A stretch of 64,000 bases of DNA, from positions 2,170,001 to 2,234,000 of the forward strand of contig OX597831.1 of assembly GCA_951406725.2 (NCBI GenBank). Reading direction: 5' to 3'. Positions 26,493-38,540 of the stretch are shown here, one piece after another (position 1 is the stretch's first letter; every line of letters starts with the position of its first letter). Position numbers and translations under genes: made by a program. This DNA is from Octopus vulgaris (lineage: Eukaryota). Below the pieces are notes generated by a model. The model searched no databases. It was given only the letters and a program-made list of their open reading frames with translations, and had not been told where the DNA came from.

Positions 26493-28031
26493 TACGACAG
26501 GCTTCTTTCAGTTTCCGTCTACCAAATCCACTCACAAGACTTTGGTCGGCCCGAGGCTATAGTAGAAGATACTTGCCCAAGGTGCCATGCAGTGGGACTG
26601 AACCCGGAACCATGTGGTTGGTAAGCAAGCTACTTACCACACAGCCACTCCTGCGCCTATCAGTACTTGACTGATACTTTATGCATTCCTTGAAACTGTT
26701 CTTTTAGTTAATTTTATGCAACAAGTGCTTTTTATCACAACTAAATCCCTACATTGATTCACCTGGTTTTTTTTTTTTGTAAGTTTTCTATTGTATCATT
26801 GAGCACTTAGCCATAAAATCCTAATTTTCTTTGTATCTTTACACATAACAGTCTCTTACAAATCTCCATCAAAACACTGAACATTACCATGAAATTTATG
26901 TTGTTTCGCTAATTTATCATAAAAATTTTAACAGTGGTCACATGATCATAAAACAGTTATGTATTAGAGTTTAAACTCTAATTTCTAAATCAGAAATCTA
27001 GTGCTTCATTAATCTTCACCATTTTCTTTCATGGAAAATATACATTTTACATAGCAAAGACTCACAAATACTGGGTCTATTCATCAGAATGAAGAACAAC
27101 TTTTATCTGAAACACCTATCTGCTGTTCTTATGCAAAGTTTAAACTCACTCTTTGTGGCAGTAGTCCTATAGTATACTCACACACACACAAGTACTAGAG
27201 AGCATTCAGGGAAAATCAAACACTTGTTCATTTGTCAACTGTGTCCCTCTCTCATACATTATGTGTTAATCCCATCTAATTACACGTAACTTATATTATC
27301 CCTATATCCAAGCTTTCTATGGTAACGGATCTCTCTGGATCACGGGAGCATATATTCCAAGTTACCTCTTCTACAATAGAAATAACTGGAATTACTTAAC
27401 ACCAATAACTCTATCACTACCAACAAACCCAATGAAACAGGGTAAAGGAATTTATCCTGGGCTTACATGCCAGCTAAGTGAAATCATGGTCATGACCTAG
27501 CGTTGGTGACATGTGAATGGCACCCAGTACACTCAGTAGTGGTTGGTATTATGAAGGGCATCCAGCCATTGAAACCAAGCCAAAGTCCAGTACAGCTCTC
27601 CGGCTTACCATCTCCAATCAAACTGTCTAACCCATGCCAATATGGAAAACGGACACTAAATGATGATGATGATGATTTACTTAAGAAACTAATTTTTCAA
27701 ATGGGTCACTCAACATCTCAGATGCCAAAACCGAATGGGAACCAAGCATGATCAATTTGTGGAACGTTACTAAGTGCTGAGAGATTGCCGTTGTGCATAC
27801 TATAATTTAAGCTGATCACTGGCTATTCTAGCAATACTTTCACCCATAATTCACATGAGAAGTGAAATGGATATGATGTTGGACTACCAGCTCATAGATC
27901 TTAAGTTCAAATCTACTGGTGAGCATATTGTTGTGTCTTTTAGCCAGACATTTCTTTCTGTATACCTCAGAGTTCTTAGATGTAGCAGCATAGGTATCAC
28001 ATTATCTGGGGATGTCACCTGAAATAATTTT

Positions 28032-28314
28032 TTTGTTTGTTCCTTCTCAAGCCGTGCCTGGCTCATAAGGGCCGGTTTCTTGGCGTATAGGTTCCTCACC
28101 TGGATGGGACGCCGGTCCATCACAGGTGAGCTGCAAGATGCAGGAGGAAAGAGTGAGAGAAAGATGTGGCGAAAGAGTCAGCAGAAGTTTCGCTATTACC
28201 TTCTGCTGGAGCCACGTGGAGCTTAGGTGTTTCGCTCATAAACACACACATCACCCGGTCTGAGATTTGAACCCACGAGTCCGCTGCTCTAACCACTAGG
28301 CCATGTACCTCCAC
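28032..28314 (-). mobile_element. Family-D SINE (head 1 + tail 2)
   Basis: Head alignable to 24999-24830. Tail CCTGTGATGGACCGGCGTCCCATCCAGG (V-domain-like)...CCCTTATGAG...CTTGAGAAGG. Confidence 0.75.
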
Positions 28315-29498
28315 ACCTTAAATAATAGGCTTATATATTTCCTATCTAGGACACATAATTTTTTATCTGCTTATCAGAAGGAAGTCTTTTGGTTTTATGT
28401 TTCATTTTTACTACACCCACATTTACAAAAGAAATGGGTCATTCAGTAACATGTAAAATCTTACAAGTTTCAGTGATGGAAAAATTCTTTCAGTTTGATC
28501 AGGAAATTAAAAACCTTATAGGAAAAAGTAAAACTCTACAAGTTAGTAAGACATTATGAAATTTGTAATTTTGAGAGATACACTATTACAGAAGCAGAAT
28601 TTATTTCTGTTGTATCACTCACCCTACCTTATTTCTGCTGAACATTATTTTTCTACAATTCCTGTCCCTATCCATATTCTTCCTCATCTTCTTTTAATCC
28701 TTAACTTGCTACAGTGTAAATTGAGAAGTTAACTATTGTTTCTTCATCCAGTTATCCTCAATACCAAGTCAAGGTTATAGACACTGTCACTTCTTTTCAG
28801 AGTAAATAATGGTACGAAGCCACAAATTTGCCACAAAAGGGTCAAATCAAATGATTTCCAATCACTTTAAATTCAATGTACACTGGAGATCAATGGAAGA
28901 AATTTTGGTGTACTTTACATGGAAAAAAAAAAAAAAAAAAAGAGGCACGGCTGTGTAGTAAGAAGCTTGCTTGCCAACTACATGGTTGTTCTGGGTTCAG
29001 TCCCATTTATTTCTGCTATAGCCTCGGGCCGACCAAAGCCTTGTGAGTGGATTTGGTAGACAGAAACTGAAAGAAGCTTGTCATGTATGTATATATATGT
29101 ATGTGTGTGTGTTTGTACCCCTATGTTTGACAACCTGTGTTGGTGTGTTTATATCCCTATAACTTAGTGGTTTGGCAAAAGAGACTGATAAAATACGTAC
29201 TAAGCTTACAAAAGAAAGTCCTGGGGTTGATTTGTTCAACTAAAGCCCTTCGAGGTGGTGCCCCAGCATGGGTGCAGTCAAATGACTGAAACAAATTTTT
29301 AAAAAAAACTATTGCTTTGTTTTATTAATCATGCTCATGTATGAATAAACCATTTTGCAAGATAATTAAGCATTAATATTGATTTTCTAAAGCCTTAAAA
29401 AATCAGTTTTTGATAATCTACAGAACACTTAGATCCTCCTAGTTACCATTTAAGAACCATTGGTTTATCAATTGTATTGGACCTAGTATGTAATATAT

Positions 29499-29752
29499 GT
29501 GGAGGTGTGTGGCTTAGTGTTTAAGGTGTTCAACTCATGTTTGTAAGGTTACGGTTTCAATTTCTGGACCGGGCAATGCGTTGTGTTCTTGAGCAAAACA
29601 CTACATTTCACATTGCTCCAGTCCACTCAGCTGGTAAAAATGAGAAATCCTGCAACACACTGGTGCCCTATCCAGGTGGGGAATATCTGTGCCATGAAAA
29701 TGACCCTTATGAGTCAGTATGACTTGAGAAGGTAACTTTGCCTTTTACCTTT
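29499..29752 (+). mobile_element. Family-D SINE (head 2 + tail 2)
   Basis: Head shares CACATTGCTCCAGTCCACTCAGCTGG with the 15667-15978 copy. Tail shares ATCCAGGTG...CCCTTATGAG...CTTGAGAAGG with the 28032-28314 copy. Confidence 0.7.
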
Positions 29753-32700
29753 AGTATATAACATACGTTTTTCTTTTATGATCTACAAACATATAACAGA
29801 TTCAATCTTGATAAAATACAACACTCAAGCAGGCGGATATGCCTAAACTACTTTAAAGTAATCATTTAGTGACCCCCAACCATTCCTGGCAATCCAATAC
29901 CTTTCTTAGAATAAATAAATTACAACTTCAGTTTTTTAATCAGTTGTTTCATGTTATTTTCATGTAATTACCTTGGTGAACAGTAGAAGGGCAAACAAGA
30001 CATTTAGTTATAAGTTCAAATCCTGCTTGTCAGGTGTGACAAGACAAATACCAGTCATGTACTGTGGTTCCCTTAAATCAGTTTTTCTCTTTACAAAATT
30101 ATCTTGTGACATCATACGGTTATGTGGCAAGTTTTCTTCCCTACCACATGGTTTTGGATTCAGTCCCACAGTGTGGCACCTTGGGTAAGTGTCTTTTACC
30201 ACAGTCCCATGCCAACCAAAATCTTGTGAATGGAAATGAAAAGAAGCCTGTCGTATATGTTTGAATCTGTGCATGTTATTGTCTACCTTGTCGTTTTCAT
30301 TGTAATCACACTGTGTATGTCCGCTTGTCTGTCCTTGTAATGTCCCCTCTGTGTTGGGCCCTGTGTGGCCAATAAAAGAAATTGTGTTATTGTCTACTTG
30401 TCTTCATATTTTTTAGTCCGGTGGCACGTAAAATGCACCAATCCGATCGTGGTCGTTGCCAGCCTCGCCTGGTGGCACGTAAAAAGCACCCACTACACTC
30501 ACGGAGTGGTTGGCGTTAGGAAGGGCATCCAGCTGTAGAAACACTGTCAGATCAGACTGGAGCCTGGTGCAGCCTTCTGGCTTCCCAGATCCCCGGTCGA
30601 ACCGTCCAACCCATGCTAGCATGGAGAACGGACATTAAACGATGATGATGTGAGAGTCAGTCATGCAAGTGGTGTCTTTCATTTTCAATTGTCCAAGACA
30701 TGTCTGGTAATGGGGAATTATTACCTTACTTGGAAACAGGAAGGGCAACTGGCAGTAGAAAATCTGGCCCAACAAATTCAATCCAACCCTTGCAAACATG
30801 GAAAAATAAATGTCAAAATGATTTTACTTCAATATCTGGAACTTTGCATGTAGTTAAAGGCCACAAATTTGAGAACCATTGAGACAAAAGTTAACTCTGT
30901 CAACAATGTTCTGTGCTATTGAAGAACATTTAAGTCTTTGATCTCAGCATTTGCAAATTTATTGAGACAGAGAAACAGAATTCCTAAATATCTCTTTTAC
31001 TCGTTTCAGTCATTTGACTGCGGCCATGCTGGAGCACCGCCTTTAGTCGAGCAAATCGACCCCGGGACTTATTCTTTGTAAGCCCAGTACTTATTCTATC
31101 GGTCTCTTTTGCCGAACCACTAAGTAACGGGGACATAAACACACCAGCATCGGTTGTCAAGCAATGCTAGGGGGACAAACACAAACATATACACACACAT
31201 ACACATATACATGACAGGCTTCTTTCAGTTTCCGTCTACCAAATCCACTCACAAGGCTTTGGTCGGCCTGAGGCTATAGTAGAAGACACTTGCCCAAGAT
31301 GCCACACAGTGGGACTGAACTCGGAACCATGTGGTTGGTAAGCAAGCTACTTACCACAGAGCCACTCCTGCGCCTATGTTGATCTAAACAATAGAAGAGT
31401 TAATTAATGTGCTGATGGTAATGACTAAATATTCTCGGCAAGCTCCATATAATTATTTTCTTCACCATACAGTGACCCATGCAAGTAGGGAAAAGTGGAC
31501 ACAAACGATGAGAGGTTATGGACATTCAGTATACAGTTCCTCTGGAAATATTGAGTGAATAATTAGATGAATTTCAACTGTTACAAGTTGGTTGATGGAT
31601 GTATAGATATATGTTTATGATTGTGAAAGGATCTGGGAAGTGGTGTCAAAGTAAGAATACCTAATCTTAAAAAGCTTATACACTGAAAAAGCTTATAATA
31701 TTCATGTGTTAAGAAGTGTTGTCTTACTATGGTTAGGAAGTTCCTGATTATGTTCAGAGTAACATCTGAGTTACAGGGTGGATATAGATTGTTAAACTAG
31801 GTAAATACACACAGAGCCTTGTTTTCACTGCTATGAAATCCTTTGATAACAGCAGTGCTTCAGTTCCATTTACCTAATCATGAAGTACTAATGGAGTTAG
31901 GAGATAATAGAAAGATTTCACTTGGTAACCATTGGCAGTTTGCAGTTGGAGGGGTTAATTAATCTACATTTAGTATTTAGAGAGGAGAGTGTACATGTAG
32001 TCCCTAAAACTAGTGTAAAAAGTGTGGTGATATGCATGAAGATTAATTCATCTTGTGTTTATTGGATTGTATACAGAAAGACTGGGTTTTTCAGGGGGTT
32101 TTTTTTGTGTGTGTGTGATATTATTTGTCGGGATTTGGCTTTTTTTTCTGTAAATATATGAACACTGAGGGATTACTTAAAGGATTTTTAAACATTACCC
32201 AAAGTGTTTTCGAAGGAATTGCGCGAGACGATATTTTTTAATAGATTAGTTTTGAAATGTTCCAAATCTTTGATTTGAGGTGGGTGAACTTTCAGGTTTT
32301 AAATCCACCCACTGTTCTGTTTTCAGTACCATGAAATCATTTGAAAACAGCAGTACTCCAGTTCCATTTACCTAATCATGTAGTACTTCAAATGCAGTTA
32401 ATATATAATAGCAAGATTACACTTAATAACCTTTGACAATTTACAGTTAGATGTCCTCATTAATACTCATAAAATAAGGTTTTCCACTGCATGTGCTTGA
32501 TAATACTTTCCATTTCCTCAATTGAATGTATTAGGCAGAGTTTCCTGGATGATAGCCGTATATTCTTGGAATGAAAGAAAAAAAAAAGGAAAGGGGGAGG
32601 TTACTTTATCTTCAACTATTTATTCTCGATTTGTAACAACTTCTTTAAGTAAAAATCTATCTACAGATCTGGAAGCTTACACTACCAAAACATGTCTATA

Positions 32701-33649
32701 GTTGACACTGGCTTGCAAATAAAAAAAAAAATTTGAAAAACGTACAGAATTCTCTCTGAAAGGAAATTAACTGAAGAAGTTTTTTAATGACTTAAAGAAT
32801 TATCTCCCTTGTCCTTTGTTGCTGAAAATCTCCACTGAATTTTTTCTTCTAACTTTAAAATAGAATTCTTTTTCGAGCACTCACATATTTATATATATCG
32901 GCATAAGATACAAAAGTTATCGAGAAATAAAAGGGTGTCGCTCTCAGTGTTAGAAATGCGACTACAACACTATTATTTGACCATCCGCATATTGCTGTGT
33001 AAAGCAAACACGTCACATTTCATCATTAAAAAAAATATTAAAATAGACACAGTGGATGATGTCCTAGATTATACTTCGTATTAAAATTAGATAGAATGGC
33101 TTTGGCTGGAATACCCTTGGTCGTAAATCTGGTCGATTAGGATTAATACTCCTGGAAGTTATTTAACAACAATATACAACCACCTTACATGAGGAAGGGT
33201 AATGGTTTAAATTAACCAGTTTGAAAGGAAAGCCGGTGTCATCAGTGTCTTTAATAATTGATAGAACCTCACAACAGCCGTTTCTCTCTACTCGGAAACT
33301 TTTTTATTGCGTGTTAAATAGCAATGTTTTAAATGATCGATTAAAAGTGAAGATGATATATCCAGAATTTGTGAATATCCATCATTCTTCCAGCTTTCGT
33401 TTTTCTTTTTTTTTAAAGTAAATAAAGATGGGTTTATGGTAAAGAGTGAGTGAGCAATGCCGTTTTTATTTGACTTTTTGTACGTGCGTATATATCGTGT
33501 ATATTTATGCATATAATGTATTTTTTTAATTACAGATATGTTATATAACAATTAAATTGAGGAAAACTCGTGATCACCATTTAAAATACATGTGTTATAG
33601 TCACTTTCGTGCATGGACAGATTAATTCGTTTTAAGTATAACCGGTTGT

Positions 33650-33965
33650 TTAAGATACGTGGCTATTTAAATCACATGAAGAGTAATTGAGTACGTAGAC
33701 GAGACTAAGAGAGGTGAGATGGCGAGGGCGACGTCGAGAGAATGTTTGAATGAAACAGTGTAAGAGGGAGGAAGAGAGTGCTAGATATCATCATCATCAT
33801 AAGCAGCAGTATAGTCTATTCACATATATCGCGCGCGCGCACATCCCCCGTCTCCACCATCGTCTTTACCACTAGAGTACGATTCTCCGTCACTGTCTTC
33901 CCTTCCCCGTCGACGGGGAAATTTGTCAAGACAAGCGTCAGTGTCTTTATGGCAAGCGTGCTACC
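33650..33965 (+). promoter_or_regulatory. Putative UPRT promoter/5'UTR (CpG-rich, (GC)n tract at ~33830-33840)
   Basis: Locally high CpG density directly upstream of an ACCATGG start codon. Confidence 0.5.
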
Positions 33966-34087
33966 ATGGAGCCAGACCTTATTCAAACTGCCCCCTGTAT
34001 TGTAAAAGATGAAGAATACGGACCGCAACTAAAAGTTTTGAAAAATACTAATAACATCAAAGAACTGCAGACGTTTTTACGCGATAA
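33966..34087 (+). CDS. UPRT: UPRT homolog, first coding exon (MEPDLIQTAPCIVKDEEYGPQLKVLKNTNNIKELQTFLRD-K)
   Basis: Kozak ACCATGG. Resembles animal UPRT GxQLKLL...IRELQTIIRDK. Donor AA|GTAAGA. Confidence 0.9.
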
Positions 34088-36000
34088 GTAAGATTCTCTT
34101 TTTTTTTTTTTCTGTTAACCTTCTATCTTTGTAATTATACGGGAAGTAACGAATTCCATTGTAAAAAATCTCAAGGCCAGTTTTTTTTTTATTTTAAAAA
34201 AATCTATAGAGAATCGATGATAATATTACTGTCTCGAATTGGATTCGAACTCAGAACGACGTGGAGCGAAATTGTTAAAATGTTAAAACATTTAACTCTG
34301 CGCTTTACTATTTGTGTTTGTTTAAAATTAATTTGAAGATAATTGCTTTTTTTTTTTTGAGTCTACAACTAAGTCAATTTCTTGCAAGGTTTCCCAATTA
34401 ACTAGTTGAATCGAATCGAAGCGAAGCGATGTGATAATTATATATATATATATAAAGTATGAACGGTCTTCCGATGGGTGAAAGAAAACCCGATCAAGCG
34501 GGTTTTGTATGGCGAAACCCGTGAGAATCATTTCATTAGTTTCAGCATTTAATCTGCACCTCTTTTTATTTACGTATGTGTAAAACAAAAACTTTGGCAT
34601 TCTTCAAAATTCACGCATGTGTTTGAAGTATTTATTACTTCTAAGCTTGATGGGGGTCGAAAGATTAAGCGAGTATCTTTAGATTAAACTTAAGATAATA
34701 ATTATATATATATATACAACTACGAATGTTTTAATTATGATGTTAAATCTCTTTATGCTTAAATTTTAGCGCCATTCAACCTTTTTATTTCGCATCATCG
34801 AGAATCTGGTCTTTATATATATTTCTATATCTCCATTTATCTGACTGCAATAACTGTTTTTGTTGCGGGTGGTGGTTGGGGGGTCGTAAATTTTTGAATT
34901 TTATTTCATGTTGTGACATAATATCGTAGAGGTGAAGTTACGGAATTATATATAATTCAAGGTAAAAAAAATAGGAAAAAAATATGTAGACACACACACA
35001 CTCACACACACATTCTTCGATAAATACCTACTTCCAGCTATGACCATCACATGGTATTTGCCAATCAAATTCCGCCGAGGTCGACTTTGCCTTTCATCCT
35101 TTCGGGGTCGATAAATTAAGTACCAGTTACGCACTGGGGTCGATGTAAACGACTTAATACCTATGTCTGTCCTTGTTTGTCCCTTCTATGTTTAGCCCCT
35201 TGTGGGTAATAAAGAAATAGGTATTTCATGTCTTAATATTCTGAGTTCAAATTCCGCCGAGGTCGACTTTGCCTTTCATCCTTTCGGGGTCGATAAATTA
35301 AGTACCAGTTACGCACTGGGGTCGATGTAATCGACTTAATACCTATGTCTGTCCTTGTTTGTCCCCTCTGTGTTTAGCCCCTTGTGGGTAATAAAGAAAT
35401 AGGTATTTGCCAAACCGTGTTGCTTACCAGAAGTGAATTATATAATGTAGCCTTCGTTTTTTTAAAGGTTTTACGATGTGATTTGAAGGAAATGTGGCTT
35501 ATTTCTAGAAGATCGACATCCCCCCATGTGTGTGTGTATCAGACATTTCTTTGATTGCTTAATCACAACAGAAATCGTGTCCTTGTGATATTTTGAGAGT
35601 TACTTATCTGTGTGTGAACTCTGAAAATATAACGAGGAAGATGTATATTTCTTCTATTTTGATGATTAAGCTATTAAAGGAATATCTATATATATATTTT
35701 TAAAAAAACCCTATTGTTTGTGTTTTACGTTTTATAAAAACTGTTCATCTTCTTCAACACATGCACGAACGTGTGTGTGTGTGTGTAATTATATCCGCTT
35801 TTAGTAGCTTAAGCCGGATTGTTTATATTTTCTTTTGCAATTTGATAAGAAGGAAGTTCTTTTCGAGTGAATCCAGTAGACCAGAAAATCAAAATATAAG
35901 CTTATGGTGAAAGCAATTGTCGGTGACTCCTGTTTCTATCAGAAATCTCAATTTTGTTCTTTTCTTTTTTTAGCCCCGAGACAATCGTGATCGAGCAGTC

Positions 36001-36031
<31 letters not shown>

Positions 36032-36362
36032 TTGCTTTTTTTGTGTATAAGAGACATCATTGCTTTGTTTATTCTTCAATTAAAACAATAAATCGGTGCG
36101 ATTAGAGGGAGATTTGGCTACTGGTTAGCGACCACCACGTTGGACAGCGAGTCTTTTATATTGTCTGTCTGAGACAAGTCATTATGCTGTATCAGTTTAT
36201 GATTGGTAGTTTTAATGGATTCATTAATACCAGGGGGTCTTTAAAATACGTAACCAATTTAATTCCCCTCCTCCACTTCCATTATGTTCGGGTTTAACCC
36301 TATTTTCCCCATTTTCCACTGCCTTCCTCGTTTCATACCGTTTTCATAAAACTTTCTTTTGT

Positions 36363-36393
<31 letters not shown>

Positions 36394-38540
36394 ATATCAA
36401 TAATAAAAGGGTAAAATCAATTAATTATCAATTAATTTCACCAAGTAGTGTATCTGGGAGACTTTTCTTATAGTAGTAGAAATGGCTAAAAAGAACTTTT
36501 TGGCTGCTATTTCTAAAAGTTTCAGTATGTGGTAAAGTAAATTATTTTCCTGAACCCTAATTATATAACGTAATATATATATATATATATATATATAAGT
36601 ATGAAGACAACTTACTAGCCTTTGTTAAAGAATGAAAAGGGCTGGAGGTAAAGATTACGTACACCACCCATTTTCGGCCTAACAATGACCCTTACCCTAA
36701 ACACACCGGGCGTACGTATTCTTTACTTTTGCCGCGAAATATGTGCTGTTAGCTTGTGTCATCATTCATTGTTCGTTTTGCAATTTAATTAAGACTTCCT
36801 CAGATTACGTTCGTTTCTTCGATTTTTAAAAAAATTTTCATCTGATATCTGCCGCAATATTCCCCCCCCCCCCACTTAACATCGTAACTTTGATCCAAGA
36901 GGAAAATACTGTTCTTAAATTCCCAAAAACTGCTTTTTGAAGTGTAATTATAAAACTGTTTACTTTTGATAGACAATGAATAGTGTTAGATGGCAACATT
37001 CGATGCTCTGTACATAGTAATATAAATATATATATTACACAATTGTACAGTACACGTGGCTAATCGACCTGGTAGAAATAGCAGCCAAATATCCACACCC
37101 TACCATCGTTAAAAAAAGGGATGATATGGTCCTAAAAATGACTAGATAGTACTTGGACGGAATGTCTACTGCGTCAGGACTGACCTGGAACCAAATGCAT
37201 ATGGTGCTGTTTTGTGGATCACTTCACATTCTCTGACATGTCTCTTATTGCCGACATTAAAATATTTAAAGAATTATTCGTCTTTGTCGGCATGTAGTGT
37301 ATATATATATATTTATTTAGGTTATATTTTGTCTTCCGTGTGTTACTTCTGGCTTTTTTTTTTTTTTGCCAGAACAAAGGCATTATTTTTTTACCTTGGA
37401 TATTCGGTGGCTGAGATGAAATTACAGTTTTAATACCTTATAATGCTTTAGCTAATGATAACGTTGACAAAAATAAAATGAATGAAAGTCATAAACTTTA
37501 AACTTTTTGTAGAAAGCTTTTTACTAATAATAATTCTTATCATTAACATTAAAACTGACATGTTTGATCTTTGTTTATTCTGCCGATTACTATCAAATGC
37601 CGATCGCTTCGTACTAACAGGTGGTCTCTCTTACGAACTCTGATAGTCATTCTTTTCTTTAGATCTGCAGGTCAGTATCCTCTTATGGCAGTTGTTTCGA
37701 TACTACACTGGTTTATCAATAATCATAATTTTACTCGGTTCCATTTCGTTGGTTAGCTGCAGATTTAGTAGGAAAATAAACTAACCATATTTAAGGACTG
37801 ATAGCTTCTATACACCGTTCTTTGTGTGTACGTATACACACAACAGCCCCCTTTTTTTTTTATCTGGTTAGAAAGTCATAACAATTGGAAGGCTCATTGG
37901 AATGTTGAACAAAATGATCTAAGTAAAAATCCCACCCAAATCAACCCGCCTCTCAGCTTTGTAGGGTCGATTGATGTGTATGCATTATGTGGGTGGATGT
38001 ATATCAAGTCAAAGGGAACTGCTATGCAGTTAATTAGTCTACTGAAAATAGCAATCAAATCACAGTGTCATCTTAAAAGAAGGCCAAGTTTGATAATGTA
38101 GCCGTAGATGCTATCATCATCATCATCGTTTAACGTCCGCTTTCCATGCTAGCATGGGTTGGACGGTTCAACTGGGGTCTGGGGAGCCCGAAGGCTGCAC
38201 CAGGCCAGTCAGATCTGGCAGTGTTTCTACAGCTGGATGCCCTTCCTAACGCCAACCACTCCGAGAATGTAGTGGGTGATTTTATGTGCCACCGACACAG
38301 GTGCCAGACGAGGCTGGTGAACGGCCACGCTCGGATGGTGATATTTGAAAATACGCCGGAGTAATTGCTAAAATACATTTTTTAATTTTTATCTACGATC
38401 AATTAATATATAATCCAAATAAAAAGACAGAGTTTAGCACATCGTTAATGACCAGTTGCGATTGTTTTAACACCATTGCATGTTAAAGTACCATATGAAA
38501 AGTTATGTGATTGCAGTTTTAAAGTTAAGAGTAGCCCTTC

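Noticed and set aside
37650-37676. Apparent 8-nt microexon (ctttag|ATCTGCAG|gtcagt) in UPRT intron 1
   Set aside because: It would frameshift the conserved RDK-TTARSDF junction, and such motifs arise by chance in a 25-kb intron.
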